NCBI GenBank assembly: GCA_049297775.1 | Contig: JBAQUX010000025.1 | Location: 1-56,834, forward strand | Source: Minisyncoccia bacterium | GTDB taxonomy: Bacteria > Patescibacteriota > Minisyncoccia > Phycocordibacterales > UBA2100 | Direction of reading: 5' to 3' | Length of the DNA stretch: 56,834 nt | Part shown: piece by piece, positions 26,946 to 34,968 of the stretch | How the letters are laid out: each line of letters opens with the position of its first letter | Position numbering within the stretch: the stretch's first letter is position 1 | The notes under the pieces: generated by a model | Databases searched by the model: none | Told to the model about the DNA's origin: nothing | What the model saw: the letters and a program-made list of their open reading frames with translations, nothing else | Translations under genes and position numbers: made by a program

Positions 26946-28166
26946 ATGGAGCTTGCCGATCTTAAAAAAATACCCATACCAGACGTGCCCGGGGTCTATT
27001 TTTTTAAAAAAGGAAAAAAGATATTATATGTGGGAAAAGCTACATCGCTTAGATCACGTGTAAAAAGTTACTTCTCGTCAGATATTATTGACACACGAGG
27101 TGAGCGTATTGTAGTAATGGTACAAAATGCACAACTGGTTGCATTTGAGGAGACTGATTCGGTTCTTGAGGCACTAATACTCGAAGCACAGTACATAAAG
27201 CAGTATCAACCTGCATATAACGTCCGCGAAAAAGATAATAAAAGCTATAATTATGTAGTAATTACCGACGAAGAATTTCCTCGCATTATAATCGTGAGAG
27301 GCAGAATATTATTTGCCCCAGGATACCCAGAAAAAATTCTTGAAACATTCGGTCCTTATACTGAAGGGAAAAGCTTACGTGAAGCGTTAAAGATAATACG
27401 CAAAATTTTTCCGTATCGTGACTCATGCACGCCACGCTCAGGGAAGCCATGCTTTAATGCGCAAATTCATTTATGTCCAGGTGTCTGTAGTGGTATATGC
27501 AGTAGTGACGAGTATGCTGCTCAGGTTAAGCACATTCGAGAATTTTTGCGTGGTAAAAAGAAATCTCTTATCGTAACCTTAACGCAATCAATGAAATTGT
27601 CTGCGAAAAACGAGCATTTTGAGCATGCGCGGGAACTCCAACGTCAAATTATTGCACTGACTCATATACGAGACGTGTCGCTCCTACATTCAGATACACA
27701 TGTGTACTCCGACGGAGGATATTTCAGAGTCGAAAGTTATGATATTTCGCATTTATCTGGATCGCAGGTAGTCGGTGCCATGGTAGTTTTTCTTGATGGT
27801 ATACCGGACAAAAGTTCATATAGAAAATTTATTTTGAAAAATCAAAAAAATGATGATCTCGGAAACATTTACGAAGTACTTACTCGTCGCTTGCGCCATG
27901 GTGAATGGCCATTGCCAAAAATAATACTTGTTGACGGTGCGGAAGGCCAACGATCTACGGCTGAGAAGGCAGTAAAAGAGGCAGGAAAAAATATAGAAGT
28001 CTATTCTGTAGTAAAGGACGCTTCTCATAAAGGTGTAGATGTTATTTCCACAAAACCACTTACGTCAAAATTTAAAGCAGAACTTATTGCTATAAACGCA
28101 GAAACACATAGGTTCGTTATTGCATTTCATAGAAAAAAACGCTCGCAGGCGCTTTTACCCAGATAG
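26946..28166 (+). CDS. uvrC: compact excinuclease ABC subunit C lacking the C-terminal (HhH)2 domain
   Basis: 406 aa. It has a GIY-YIG motif (GVYFFKKGKKILYVGKATSLRSR), a Cys-rich region, a UVR motif (FEHARELQRQIIAL) and 5'-nuclease motifs (YDISH, VDGAEGQ, ETHRFVIAFHR). The protein ends right after these motifs. Confidence 0.85.
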   Translation: MELADLKKIPIPDVPGVYFFKKGKKILYVGKATSLRSRVKSYFSSDIIDTRGERIVVMVQNAQLVAFEETDSVLEALILEAQYIKQYQPAYNVREKDNKSYNYVVITDEEFPRIIIVRGRILFAPGYPEKILETFGPYTEGKSLREALKIIRKIFPYRDSCTPRSGKPCFNAQIHLCPGVCSGICSSDEYAAQVKHIREFLRGKKKSLIVTLTQSMKLSAKNEHFEHARELQRQIIALTHIRDVSLLHSDTHVYSDGGYFRVESYDISHLSGSQVVGAMVVFLDGIPDKSSYRKFILKNQKNDDLGNIYEVLTRRLRHGEWPLPKIILVDGAEGQRSTAEKAVKEAGKNIEVYSVVKDASHKGVDVISTKPLTSKFKAELIAINAETHRFVIAFHRKKRSQALLPR

Positions 28167-28212
28167 CCGTGGATACTTCTCAGTTTAATTTAACTCATTG
28201 TATACTAATGAA

Positions 28213-29343
28213 ATGAGTTTGTTCCGACCCGGGAAGATGTACACGTGCTATCTGGATATTTCTCCAGGCAGTTGTGGTATCGCTGTCACTGAAACCATTG
28301 CTGGTAAAAAATCTATACCAAAAGTGATTACGACGAGACGCATCCCACTCAGTGATACATCACATCCTGAAAACCAGCTCCGTTCTCTTAAGCGGGCCGC
28401 GGATGAGCTTCTTGCGACATGCGTTTCCGAACTTTCGCTACACTCATACGATATAGTATTTTTAATTCATGCACCATTTTCTACAACAGCAATATACGAA
28501 TACGAGAAAAAGTTTGATAAGGAAACAGTAATTACAAATAAAATCCTTGAAGAACTGCATGCTTCGTACACAAAAGGCAAAGATACGTCGTCATCATTAC
28601 AGTCTGAGAATCATATTATCCACGAATATGTTCAAACAATTTTTTTGAATGGGTATCCAACAAAGAAACCGTTTGGTAAAGTAGCGCACACGTTATCAGC
28701 AAAAATCGTTGAGGACAGTGTCCGAGGAACATTTTTTGAAACAATACTGTCTCCGCTTACCATTAATGCGCGTACTGCAAAATTTGTCGGTTACTCACAA
28801 TTTGTAGGTAGAATGCTTACCGCGAGAACAGATGTAGCCGCTCATGAGTTTGCTTTCGTGAGTATGGGGAAGATGCACTCAGAAATCTCTATTTATTCAG
28901 GGGGAAGTACGAGAGAAAATACAACTATTCATTTTGGTACCTATGTACTTGTTGAAGCACTCGCCAAAATTGCAAATATTTCACGTGAGTCAGCCGAAAC
29001 AGTACTGAGATTGCACACGACAGCAACTGCTGACGCCACATATTCAGAATCTTTAAAGGAGGCTATCGCGTTAGCGCAGAAAAGTTTTGCCGAGCAGGTT
29101 AATAAGGCAATGAAGCCTACGGCAAAACTGCCGAATATGATTTATTATGTTCAAGACAGCGAGTGGAGCTCAGCAGTTCAGGAAGTGCTCCAGGATGCGC
29201 AGTCACTAGAAGGTGCGCGCTCGTTGATACACGTAATTGTTGATAATCAACAACTTTCATTCTCACCACTTCAAGACGCACGACTTTTGTATGGAATATT
29301 TGCAATCCTTTCATTCTCGGATGTGCAAGACACACTTACGTAA
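28213..29343 (+). CDS. hypothetical protein, possibly a degenerate actin/ASKHA-fold (FtsA/PilM-like)
   Basis: The track start 28198 is a TTG upstream of the -10 box (TATACT 28201-28206), so ATG 28213 is preferred. YLDISPGSCGIAV looks phosphate-1-like. FVSMGKMHSEISIYSGG...IHFGTYVLVEALAK looks like a degenerate phosphate-2. The call is by eye and tentative. Confidence 0.4.
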   Translation: MSLFRPGKMYTCYLDISPGSCGIAVTETIAGKKSIPKVITTRRIPLSDTSHPENQLRSLKRAADELLATCVSELSLHSYDIVFLIHAPFSTTAIYEYEKKFDKETVITNKILEELHASYTKGKDTSSSLQSENHIIHEYVQTIFLNGYPTKKPFGKVAHTLSAKIVEDSVRGTFFETILSPLTINARTAKFVGYSQFVGRMLTARTDVAAHEFAFVSMGKMHSEISIYSGGSTRENTTIHFGTYVLVEALAKIANISRESAETVLRLHTTATADATYSESLKEAIALAQKSFAEQVNKAMKPTAKLPNMIYYVQDSEWSSAVQEVLQDAQSLEGARSLIHVIVDNQQLSFSPLQDARLLYGIFAILSFSDVQDTLT

Positions 29344-29370
29344 GTTGTTTTATTTTGTTATACTTTTAGA

Positions 29371-30690
29371 ATGGAACCACAAGAAAAAGACGGAAGAAAC
29401 ATACCCGCAAATGACGTACAACAAAATACTACTGAGCGACGCTCTATTAGAGACTTGCGCATTAGTAGACCTCAGGCACAAAGACCAGAACGCACAGTCC
29501 CAGCACCTCAGCAAAAGCCTCTACAGAGGGTTGCTGAACCTAAGCAAGCAAAAAAGTCACTGAGTAAATATTTTATTCCGGCATCGATTCTTGGTCTTGG
29601 CGTTTTGCTCTTGGTTGTGTTACTGCCAGTAATTTTTCCAGATGCAACGGTAACGGTAACTCCAAAATCAGCAGACGGTATTGCTAAGACAACAGTAATT
29701 GCAACGTTTGACCCAGAATCACCTTTACCATATTCAATCGCTACCTGGACTAAAGAGGCAAGTGCAAAAATTCCTGCAACTAAATCTGTGACCGTTGCTG
29801 AAAAGGCATCTGGTAAAATTGTCATAGAAAACAAGAACACTTCAGAGCAAAAGTTGATAAAGAACACACGCTTTGAATCAACCACTGGTAAGGTATACAG
29901 AATTAGAGACTCTATTACAGTCCCTGCTGCAAAAAAGGGATCTGCAACTGAGTATGGATATCTCGAAGTAACAGTGTACGCAGATGAAGGCGGCGAATCC
30001 TATAATATTCAAGACACATCATTCACCCTTCCGGGTCTAAAGGGTTCTGATCTTTTTGCAAAAGTCACTGCTAAGTCAAAATCAGCAATTTCTGGCGGTT
30101 TTACTGGCGAAAGAAAATCTGCAGACGAAGCGACGATGAGTCAAGCACGAACTGATTTAAAAAAGCAAATCGAAGCAGACAGTGCACTCCCAGAATCACT
30201 TGCCACTGGTACCTTCGCACTTAAAAATACACTGAAATCATCTTTTGAATCAGCGCCAGACGTTGCCTCAGATACTGAAGTTACAGTTACCGAGAAAGTG
30301 ACATATACCGTACTCACCATAGACACAAAAAAGCTCGCATATGCATTGGCATCCGAGGCAGGCTCGCATGTCGAGAGTAAAGATGTGTCTATTACAAATA
30401 TAGACGCGCTTCAAATCTCAGTTCCTGACAATTCAATTTCAGTTGCTACGTCAAAGAAGGATTTGACAATTTCTGTCGATGGTACGCCACATTTTGTTTG
30501 GAATATTGATGTTGCGCAACTTAAGAAAGATCTTGCTGGGGCAACACGAGACGAAGTTACCACAATTCAGAAGCGCTACACAAACATAGAACGAGCCGTG
30601 ACAACTATCAGACCGTTCTGGAGAAACACGTTGCCAGGTAATGCTGACAGAATATCTGTAATTATTGAGCAACAGAAGCCAGCTTTGTAA
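29371..30690 (+). CDS. bitopic membrane protein with a disordered basic N-terminus and a large ectodomain
   Basis: 439 aa. A Pro/Gln/Arg-rich region of about 65 aa precedes a TM helix (YFIPASILGLGVLLLVVLLPVIF) and a Thr/Ser/Lys-rich ectodomain of about 350 aa. TGTTATACT (29356-29364) lies 6 nt from the ATG. No family securely recognised. Confidence 0.6.
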   Translation: MEPQEKDGRNIPANDVQQNTTERRSIRDLRISRPQAQRPERTVPAPQQKPLQRVAEPKQAKKSLSKYFIPASILGLGVLLLVVLLPVIFPDATVTVTPKSADGIAKTTVIATFDPESPLPYSIATWTKEASAKIPATKSVTVAEKASGKIVIENKNTSEQKLIKNTRFESTTGKVYRIRDSITVPAAKKGSATEYGYLEVTVYADEGGESYNIQDTSFTLPGLKGSDLFAKVTAKSKSAISGGFTGERKSADEATMSQARTDLKKQIEADSALPESLATGTFALKNTLKSSFESAPDVASDTEVTVTEKVTYTVLTIDTKKLAYALASEAGSHVESKDVSITNIDALQISVPDNSISVATSKKDLTISVDGTPHFVWNIDVAQLKKDLAGATRDEVTTIQKRYTNIERAVTTIRPFWRNTLPGNADRISVIIEQQKPAL

Positions 30691-30698
30691 AACTTTCT

Positions 30699-31775
30699 AT
30701 GGCATCGAAGGGTAAGATTTGTATAGCACTATCTGGTGGTGTTGATAGTGGTGTCTCTGCATACTTGCTTCAGAAGCAGGGGTACGAAGTTTTCGCTGCA
30801 TTTATTAAGGTTTGGCAACCTGATTTTCTTGATTGTTCACAAGAGGTAGACCGTCTTAGCGCAAAGCGTCTCGCTGCCTCTTTGGGAATTCCATTTCATG
30901 TGGTTGATTTATCTGAGATATATAAAACGCACATTGTAGATACTTTCATCTCTGCATACAAAAACGGAGAAACTCCCAACCCTGATGTTAGCTGTAACAG
31001 AATTATAAAATTTGGAGCATTGTGGGATTGGGCAGAGAAACACGGAGCAACGGGTATTGCTACGGGTCACTATGCAACGATCATTCAAAATAATGCAGGT
31101 TTTCATTTAGCCAAATCTCCTGATAGGAACAAGGATCAAGTTTATTTCTTATGGGAACTTAAAAAGGAACTACTGCAATATATTCATTTCCCAATCGGAA
31201 AACTAACCAAACCACAAGTGCGGGAACTTGCAAGCGAAGCACGTTTACATGTCGCCGATAAGAAAGATAGTCAAGGTTTGTGTTTTATGGGCATGTTGGA
31301 TATGCAAACATTCTTGCAAAAAATGACAGCTGGAAATGCGAAGAAAGGGAATGTGATTGATGAACAGGGTAATTGTATCGGTGAGCACTCTGGTGCATTT
31401 ACCTATACTATAGGGCAGCGACATAACTTTATGCTGACTACTGCAAATACGTCACGACAGTACGTTACTGCGATTGATGTTTTGGCGAACACAATTACAG
31501 TTGGCGACTTATCAAAAACTTTTTCGTCGGAACTTACTCTCCGCTCATGTATCTGGCGCACTACGCCGGAGCTTGGCAGTGTATATGCAGTTCAGGTTCG
31601 GTACCATGGAGAATATATAACGGCGGTAGTTACAAGTTGTCACGATGACACATGCACAATCACGCTCAGCACTCCTCAAACTGTATCAAAAGGTCAGTCG
31701 TGCGTATTTTTTCATAACGAAATTTGTATTGGTGGCGGAATTGTTGCATCAATGCGCCCAGAAATTACTGAGTAA
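30699..31775 (+). CDS. mnmA: tRNA 2-thiouridine(34) synthase
   Basis: 358 aa with an ALSGGVDSGVSAYLL PP-loop and full MnmA colinearity. Confidence 0.9.
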   Translation: MASKGKICIALSGGVDSGVSAYLLQKQGYEVFAAFIKVWQPDFLDCSQEVDRLSAKRLAASLGIPFHVVDLSEIYKTHIVDTFISAYKNGETPNPDVSCNRIIKFGALWDWAEKHGATGIATGHYATIIQNNAGFHLAKSPDRNKDQVYFLWELKKELLQYIHFPIGKLTKPQVRELASEARLHVADKKDSQGLCFMGMLDMQTFLQKMTAGNAKKGNVIDEQGNCIGEHSGAFTYTIGQRHNFMLTTANTSRQYVTAIDVLANTITVGDLSKTFSSELTLRSCIWRTTPELGSVYAVQVRYHGEYITAVVTSCHDDTCTITLSTPQTVSKGQSCVFFHNEICIGGGIVASMRPEITE

Positions 31776-31814
31776 CTCTATGGACAGTCACTGACAATAA
31801 GGTACGATGGCCTT

Positions 31815-32213
31815 GTGAACGAAGATAATAAAACACTTGGACTAATCTTATCGATTGCATGGCTCTGCGTCGCACTTGTCTCTATCGGACTTACTGCATA
31901 TCTATTCTTGCAAGGTAGTAGTATTTTTTCTACTAATGAGCGAGCACATATTGATATTTTTACTGAGCAAAAGAATGGCATCACCACGATTACAGGCTCA
32001 ATCGAATCAATGCCCGGATGTGAGCGAGTTGCTGTAGAAACTGAAAGTAATGTGGAAAATGAAACACTAGTACTGCTATTTAACGGCGTACTTGAAAGTC
32101 CGTGCTCAGATGCGCATCAGAGGATTCCATTTACGGCATCGGCACCACTCCTTGCTCCTCAAATACGCGCATCATACAATGGAGTTCCGATAGATATAAT
32201 TCAACAAAAATAA
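31815..32213 (+). CDS. small membrane-anchored protein
   Basis: 132 aa with a GTG start and one N-terminal TM helix (LGLILSIAWLCVALVSIGLTAYLF). The ectodomain of about 95 aa contains two Cys. No family recognised. Confidence 0.5.
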   Translation: MNEDNKTLGLILSIAWLCVALVSIGLTAYLFLQGSSIFSTNERAHIDIFTEQKNGITTITGSIESMPGCERVAVETESNVENETLVLLFNGVLESPCSDAHQRIPFTASAPLLAPQIRASYNGVPIDIIQQK

Positions 32214-32214
32214 C

Positions 32215-33075
32215 ATGTCACGACTTATAACAAAGGCTGATGGATCACAGGAATTGTTTGACCCGATTAAGCTTTCTGCATCTTTGACGAAAATCGGTGC
32301 CAGTGAAGAGATGCGTGCAAAAATTTTGGACGAAATTCATGCAGATTTTGATTCATTGAAAACCACAGAGGCAATATATGCAAAATCATATGAACTGCTC
32401 AAAAATGCCTCTCCTGCAACTGCTGCACGTTACTCAATTAAGCGAGCCGTACTTGCGTTAGGACCGAGCGGTTTTCCTTTTGAAAAATTTATTGCTGAGG
32501 TATTGCGAGCACATGGTGCAACTATGGTCCAAACTGATGTAACACTTAACGGTGCATGTGTACCACACGAAGTAGATGTATACGCAACTATTAACGGTAC
32601 ACGCGTTGCAATTGAGGCAAAATTCCATAACTCTCTTGGTACGAAAACTGATATCAAAGATATGCTGTATGTGCACTCTCGCTTTAATGATTTAGTTGCA
32701 GCGAAGCCGAAGAAAGTAGATGTAGGCTGGTTAGTTACTAATACCCGTTTTACCACACATGCGGAGCAATATGCACTTTGCGCAGGTGTAACAGCAATTG
32801 GCTGGGACTACCCAAAGGGCAAGGATATCCAAAACTTAATCGAAAGTGCAGGAGTGCATCCTGTAACTTGCCTTACATTACTCTCACACGCGGAAAAGCA
32901 AACAGTATTGAGTCACGGCGTTGTTCTTGCAAAAGAAATTCGTGACCGGCCGGAAATTTTGAAAAAACTTGGTATTCATGGTGAGCGTGCACAGGCAATT
33001 CTTGAAGAGGCTTCACATGTGTCAGTAACACGCCCGCACCTTAACCACGCACTGCATATACTTAAGAAAAAATAG
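32215..33075 (+). CDS. ATP-cone domain fused to an Mrr-type (PD-(D/E)XK) restriction endonuclease domain
   Basis: The N-terminus is ATP-cone-like (ITKADGSQELFDPIKLSASLTKIGASEEMRAKILDEI). The nuclease core is FEKFIAEVLRAHG...HEVDVYA...VAIEAKFH (D...ExK). The C-terminal tail is helical and HhH-like. The start lies 1 nt after the upstream stop. Confidence 0.7.
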   Translation: MSRLITKADGSQELFDPIKLSASLTKIGASEEMRAKILDEIHADFDSLKTTEAIYAKSYELLKNASPATAARYSIKRAVLALGPSGFPFEKFIAEVLRAHGATMVQTDVTLNGACVPHEVDVYATINGTRVAIEAKFHNSLGTKTDIKDMLYVHSRFNDLVAAKPKKVDVGWLVTNTRFTTHAEQYALCAGVTAIGWDYPKGKDIQNLIESAGVHPVTCLTLLSHAEKQTVLSHGVVLAKEIRDRPEILKKLGIHGERAQAILEEASHVSVTRPHLNHALHILKKK

Positions 33076-33078
33076 GAC

Positions 33079-33597
33079 ATGTTTGCTTCTCGGTACAGCA
33101 CAGTCGTAGGTTTTCTTTTCGGACTCATACTTGGTTGTATTGCAGTAATGGCTTACCAGTTATGGCATAAGACACCTCCGCGTCTTGTTACAAATGTAGA
33201 AATTGCCATGCCGACACAGCTTGTTGATGAAGTAACTGCGAAAGAAGTAGCTGATGCTCCTCTCTCAATGCAAAACTCTTCAGTTATTGTAATAAGTAAT
33301 CAGATGCAAGGGGATTCGGTTCTTGTACAAAGCGTAACTACACCAGAAGACGCATGGTTAACCATTCACGAAATAACCGCTGAAGAAACTGTTGGTACGA
33401 TCATCGGTGCAGTTATTGTAGAAAGTGGTAAAGCGGTAAACACACTGACCATACCATTATTAAAGCAAACAAAAAAAGGGAAGTACCTTGCGACTTTGTA
33501 CAAGGAAAACGGCGATGGCGTTTTCTCAGTGGGGAAAGACACAGTGCTTAAGGACGATACAGGCACTATACTGTATACATTATTTACAATTGATTAG
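33079..33597 (+). CDS. membrane-anchored beta-rich protein
   Basis: 172 aa with an N-terminal TM helix. The ectodomain motif is WLTIHEITAEETVGTIIGAVIVESG...GKYLATLYKENGDGVFS. Family uncertain. Confidence 0.55.
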   Translation: MFASRYSTVVGFLFGLILGCIAVMAYQLWHKTPPRLVTNVEIAMPTQLVDEVTAKEVADAPLSMQNSSVIVISNQMQGDSVLVQSVTTPEDAWLTIHEITAEETVGTIIGAVIVESGKAVNTLTIPLLKQTKKGKYLATLYKENGDGVFSVGKDTVLKDDTGTILYTLFTID

Positions 33598-33598
33598 C

Positions 33599-34048
33599 AT
33601 GGACTCAGAAATTCTCGTACCATTTTTTAAACTTACACTTGCGGCACTACTGGGTCTTGCTATAGGTGCGGAAAGAACTATTGCCGGCAAGAATGCAGGG
33701 ATGAGAACGTTTGCACTAGTGTCACTCGGATCAGCGCTTTTTGTTGTCATTTCAGAACAAATTAATCTTCAGTATTTAGGACAAGTTAATTTTGACCCAA
33801 TGCGTATATCAGCAGGAATTATTACCGGTGTTGGCTTTATAGGTGCCGGTATGATTTTTTCGAAGGATGACCTCCTCAAGGGACTAACTACAGCTGCTGG
33901 ACTTTGGGCAATTGCAGGTATTGGTATGGCTGTAGGATTTGGCTTATACACAATATCAATTTTTTCAACACTGCTCGTACTTTTTATTTTTACAGCGCTC
34001 TGGTTTTTAGAAGAAAAAGTTCGTGTTCAATTACTGACACGCAAATAG
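33599..34048 (+). CDS. MgtC/SapB-family membrane protein
   Basis: Starting at ATG 33599 (MDSEILVPFF...), it carries LGLAIGAERTIAGKNAGMRTFALVSLGSALF and GIITGVGFIGAGMIF motifs. The track ORF from 33488 overlaps the upstream gene. Confidence 0.8.
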   Translation: MDSEILVPFFKLTLAALLGLAIGAERTIAGKNAGMRTFALVSLGSALFVVISEQINLQYLGQVNFDPMRISAGIITGVGFIGAGMIFSKDDLLKGLTTAAGLWAIAGIGMAVGFGLYTISIFSTLLVLFIFTALWFLEEKVRVQLLTRK

Positions 34049-34055
34049 TTTGCTG

Positions 34056-34064
34056 TGCTAATAT
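34056..34064 (+). promoter_or_regulatory. extended -10 (TGCTAATAT) 6 nt upstream of ATG 34071
   Basis: TGCTAATAT-gcgcat-ATG. Confidence 0.5.
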
Positions 34065-34070
34065 GCGCAT

Positions 34071-34925
34071 ATGCACAAAAAGTACTCAGTGCGCAGTTCA
34101 GCATGGAATTATGGTGGCGGCAATTGGAAACTAAGTCGCTCAAAGATTGATTTATTCACAGAATGTAAGAGATGCTTTTATCTTGATAATAAATTAGGTG
34201 TAAAGCGACCTTCAATGCCACCATTTAATCTGAATGTTGCCGTAGATTCGCTCTTAAAACAGGAATTTGACCTGCACAGAGCACGTAAATCACCACATCC
34301 GCTTATGAGTTCGTACGGGCTTTCTGCAGTGCCTGCGCAACATCCTCAAATTAACGAGTGGAGAGAGAATTTTAAAGGAATTACGTATCGACACCCTGTC
34401 ACTCATTTTGTAGTGTCAGGAGCAATTGACGATTTGTGGCTTTTGGACACTGGCGAATATGCTGTGGTGGACTATAAGGCAACGGCGAAGGCAGAGGAGA
34501 TAACCGAATTAAATGATACTTGGCATGACGGCTATCGAAGGCAAATGGAGGTATATCAATGGCTTCTGAGAAGGCAGGGCATGAATGTTTCTAATACGGG
34601 GTATTTCGTGTATTGCAACGGAAAGGCTGACGCAAGGGCATTTGATGGTAGATTGGAATTTGATATACGACTCATCCCATACACAGGGAATGATGCGTGG
34701 GTTGAACCAATACTTCTAGATATTCATCGGACACTAACAAGCGAGACGGTTCCAGCATCACACCCCGATTGTGAGTTCTGCGGATACCGAACAGTCGCTG
34801 GAAAAATGCTTCAAAAATTGCATGTAGCAATCCCAGAAAATGTTTCCGCCTCAAAAATTGTAACGCCAAAGAAGGCGGGGCGTCGCAAAGCCACACCAAA
34901 CGCAGAAGTAAAGACACTTTTTTAA
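34071..34925 (+). CDS. Cas4/RecB-like PD-(D/E)XK nuclease with four-Cys cluster
   Basis: The core is GAIDDLWLL...YAVVDYKAT plus QMEVYQWLL. CKRC lies near the N-terminus and CEFC near the C-terminus, as in 4Fe-4S Cas4/AddB-type nucleases. Confidence 0.65.
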   Translation: MHKKYSVRSSAWNYGGGNWKLSRSKIDLFTECKRCFYLDNKLGVKRPSMPPFNLNVAVDSLLKQEFDLHRARKSPHPLMSSYGLSAVPAQHPQINEWRENFKGITYRHPVTHFVVSGAIDDLWLLDTGEYAVVDYKATAKAEEITELNDTWHDGYRRQMEVYQWLLRRQGMNVSNTGYFVYCNGKADARAFDGRLEFDIRLIPYTGNDAWVEPILLDIHRTLTSETVPASHPDCEFCGYRTVAGKMLQKLHVAIPENVSASKIVTPKKAGRRKATPNAEVKTLF

Positions 34926-34968
34926 CAGCAAACAGATTAAAATTTTTTCAGTGTGATATTATTTGATT

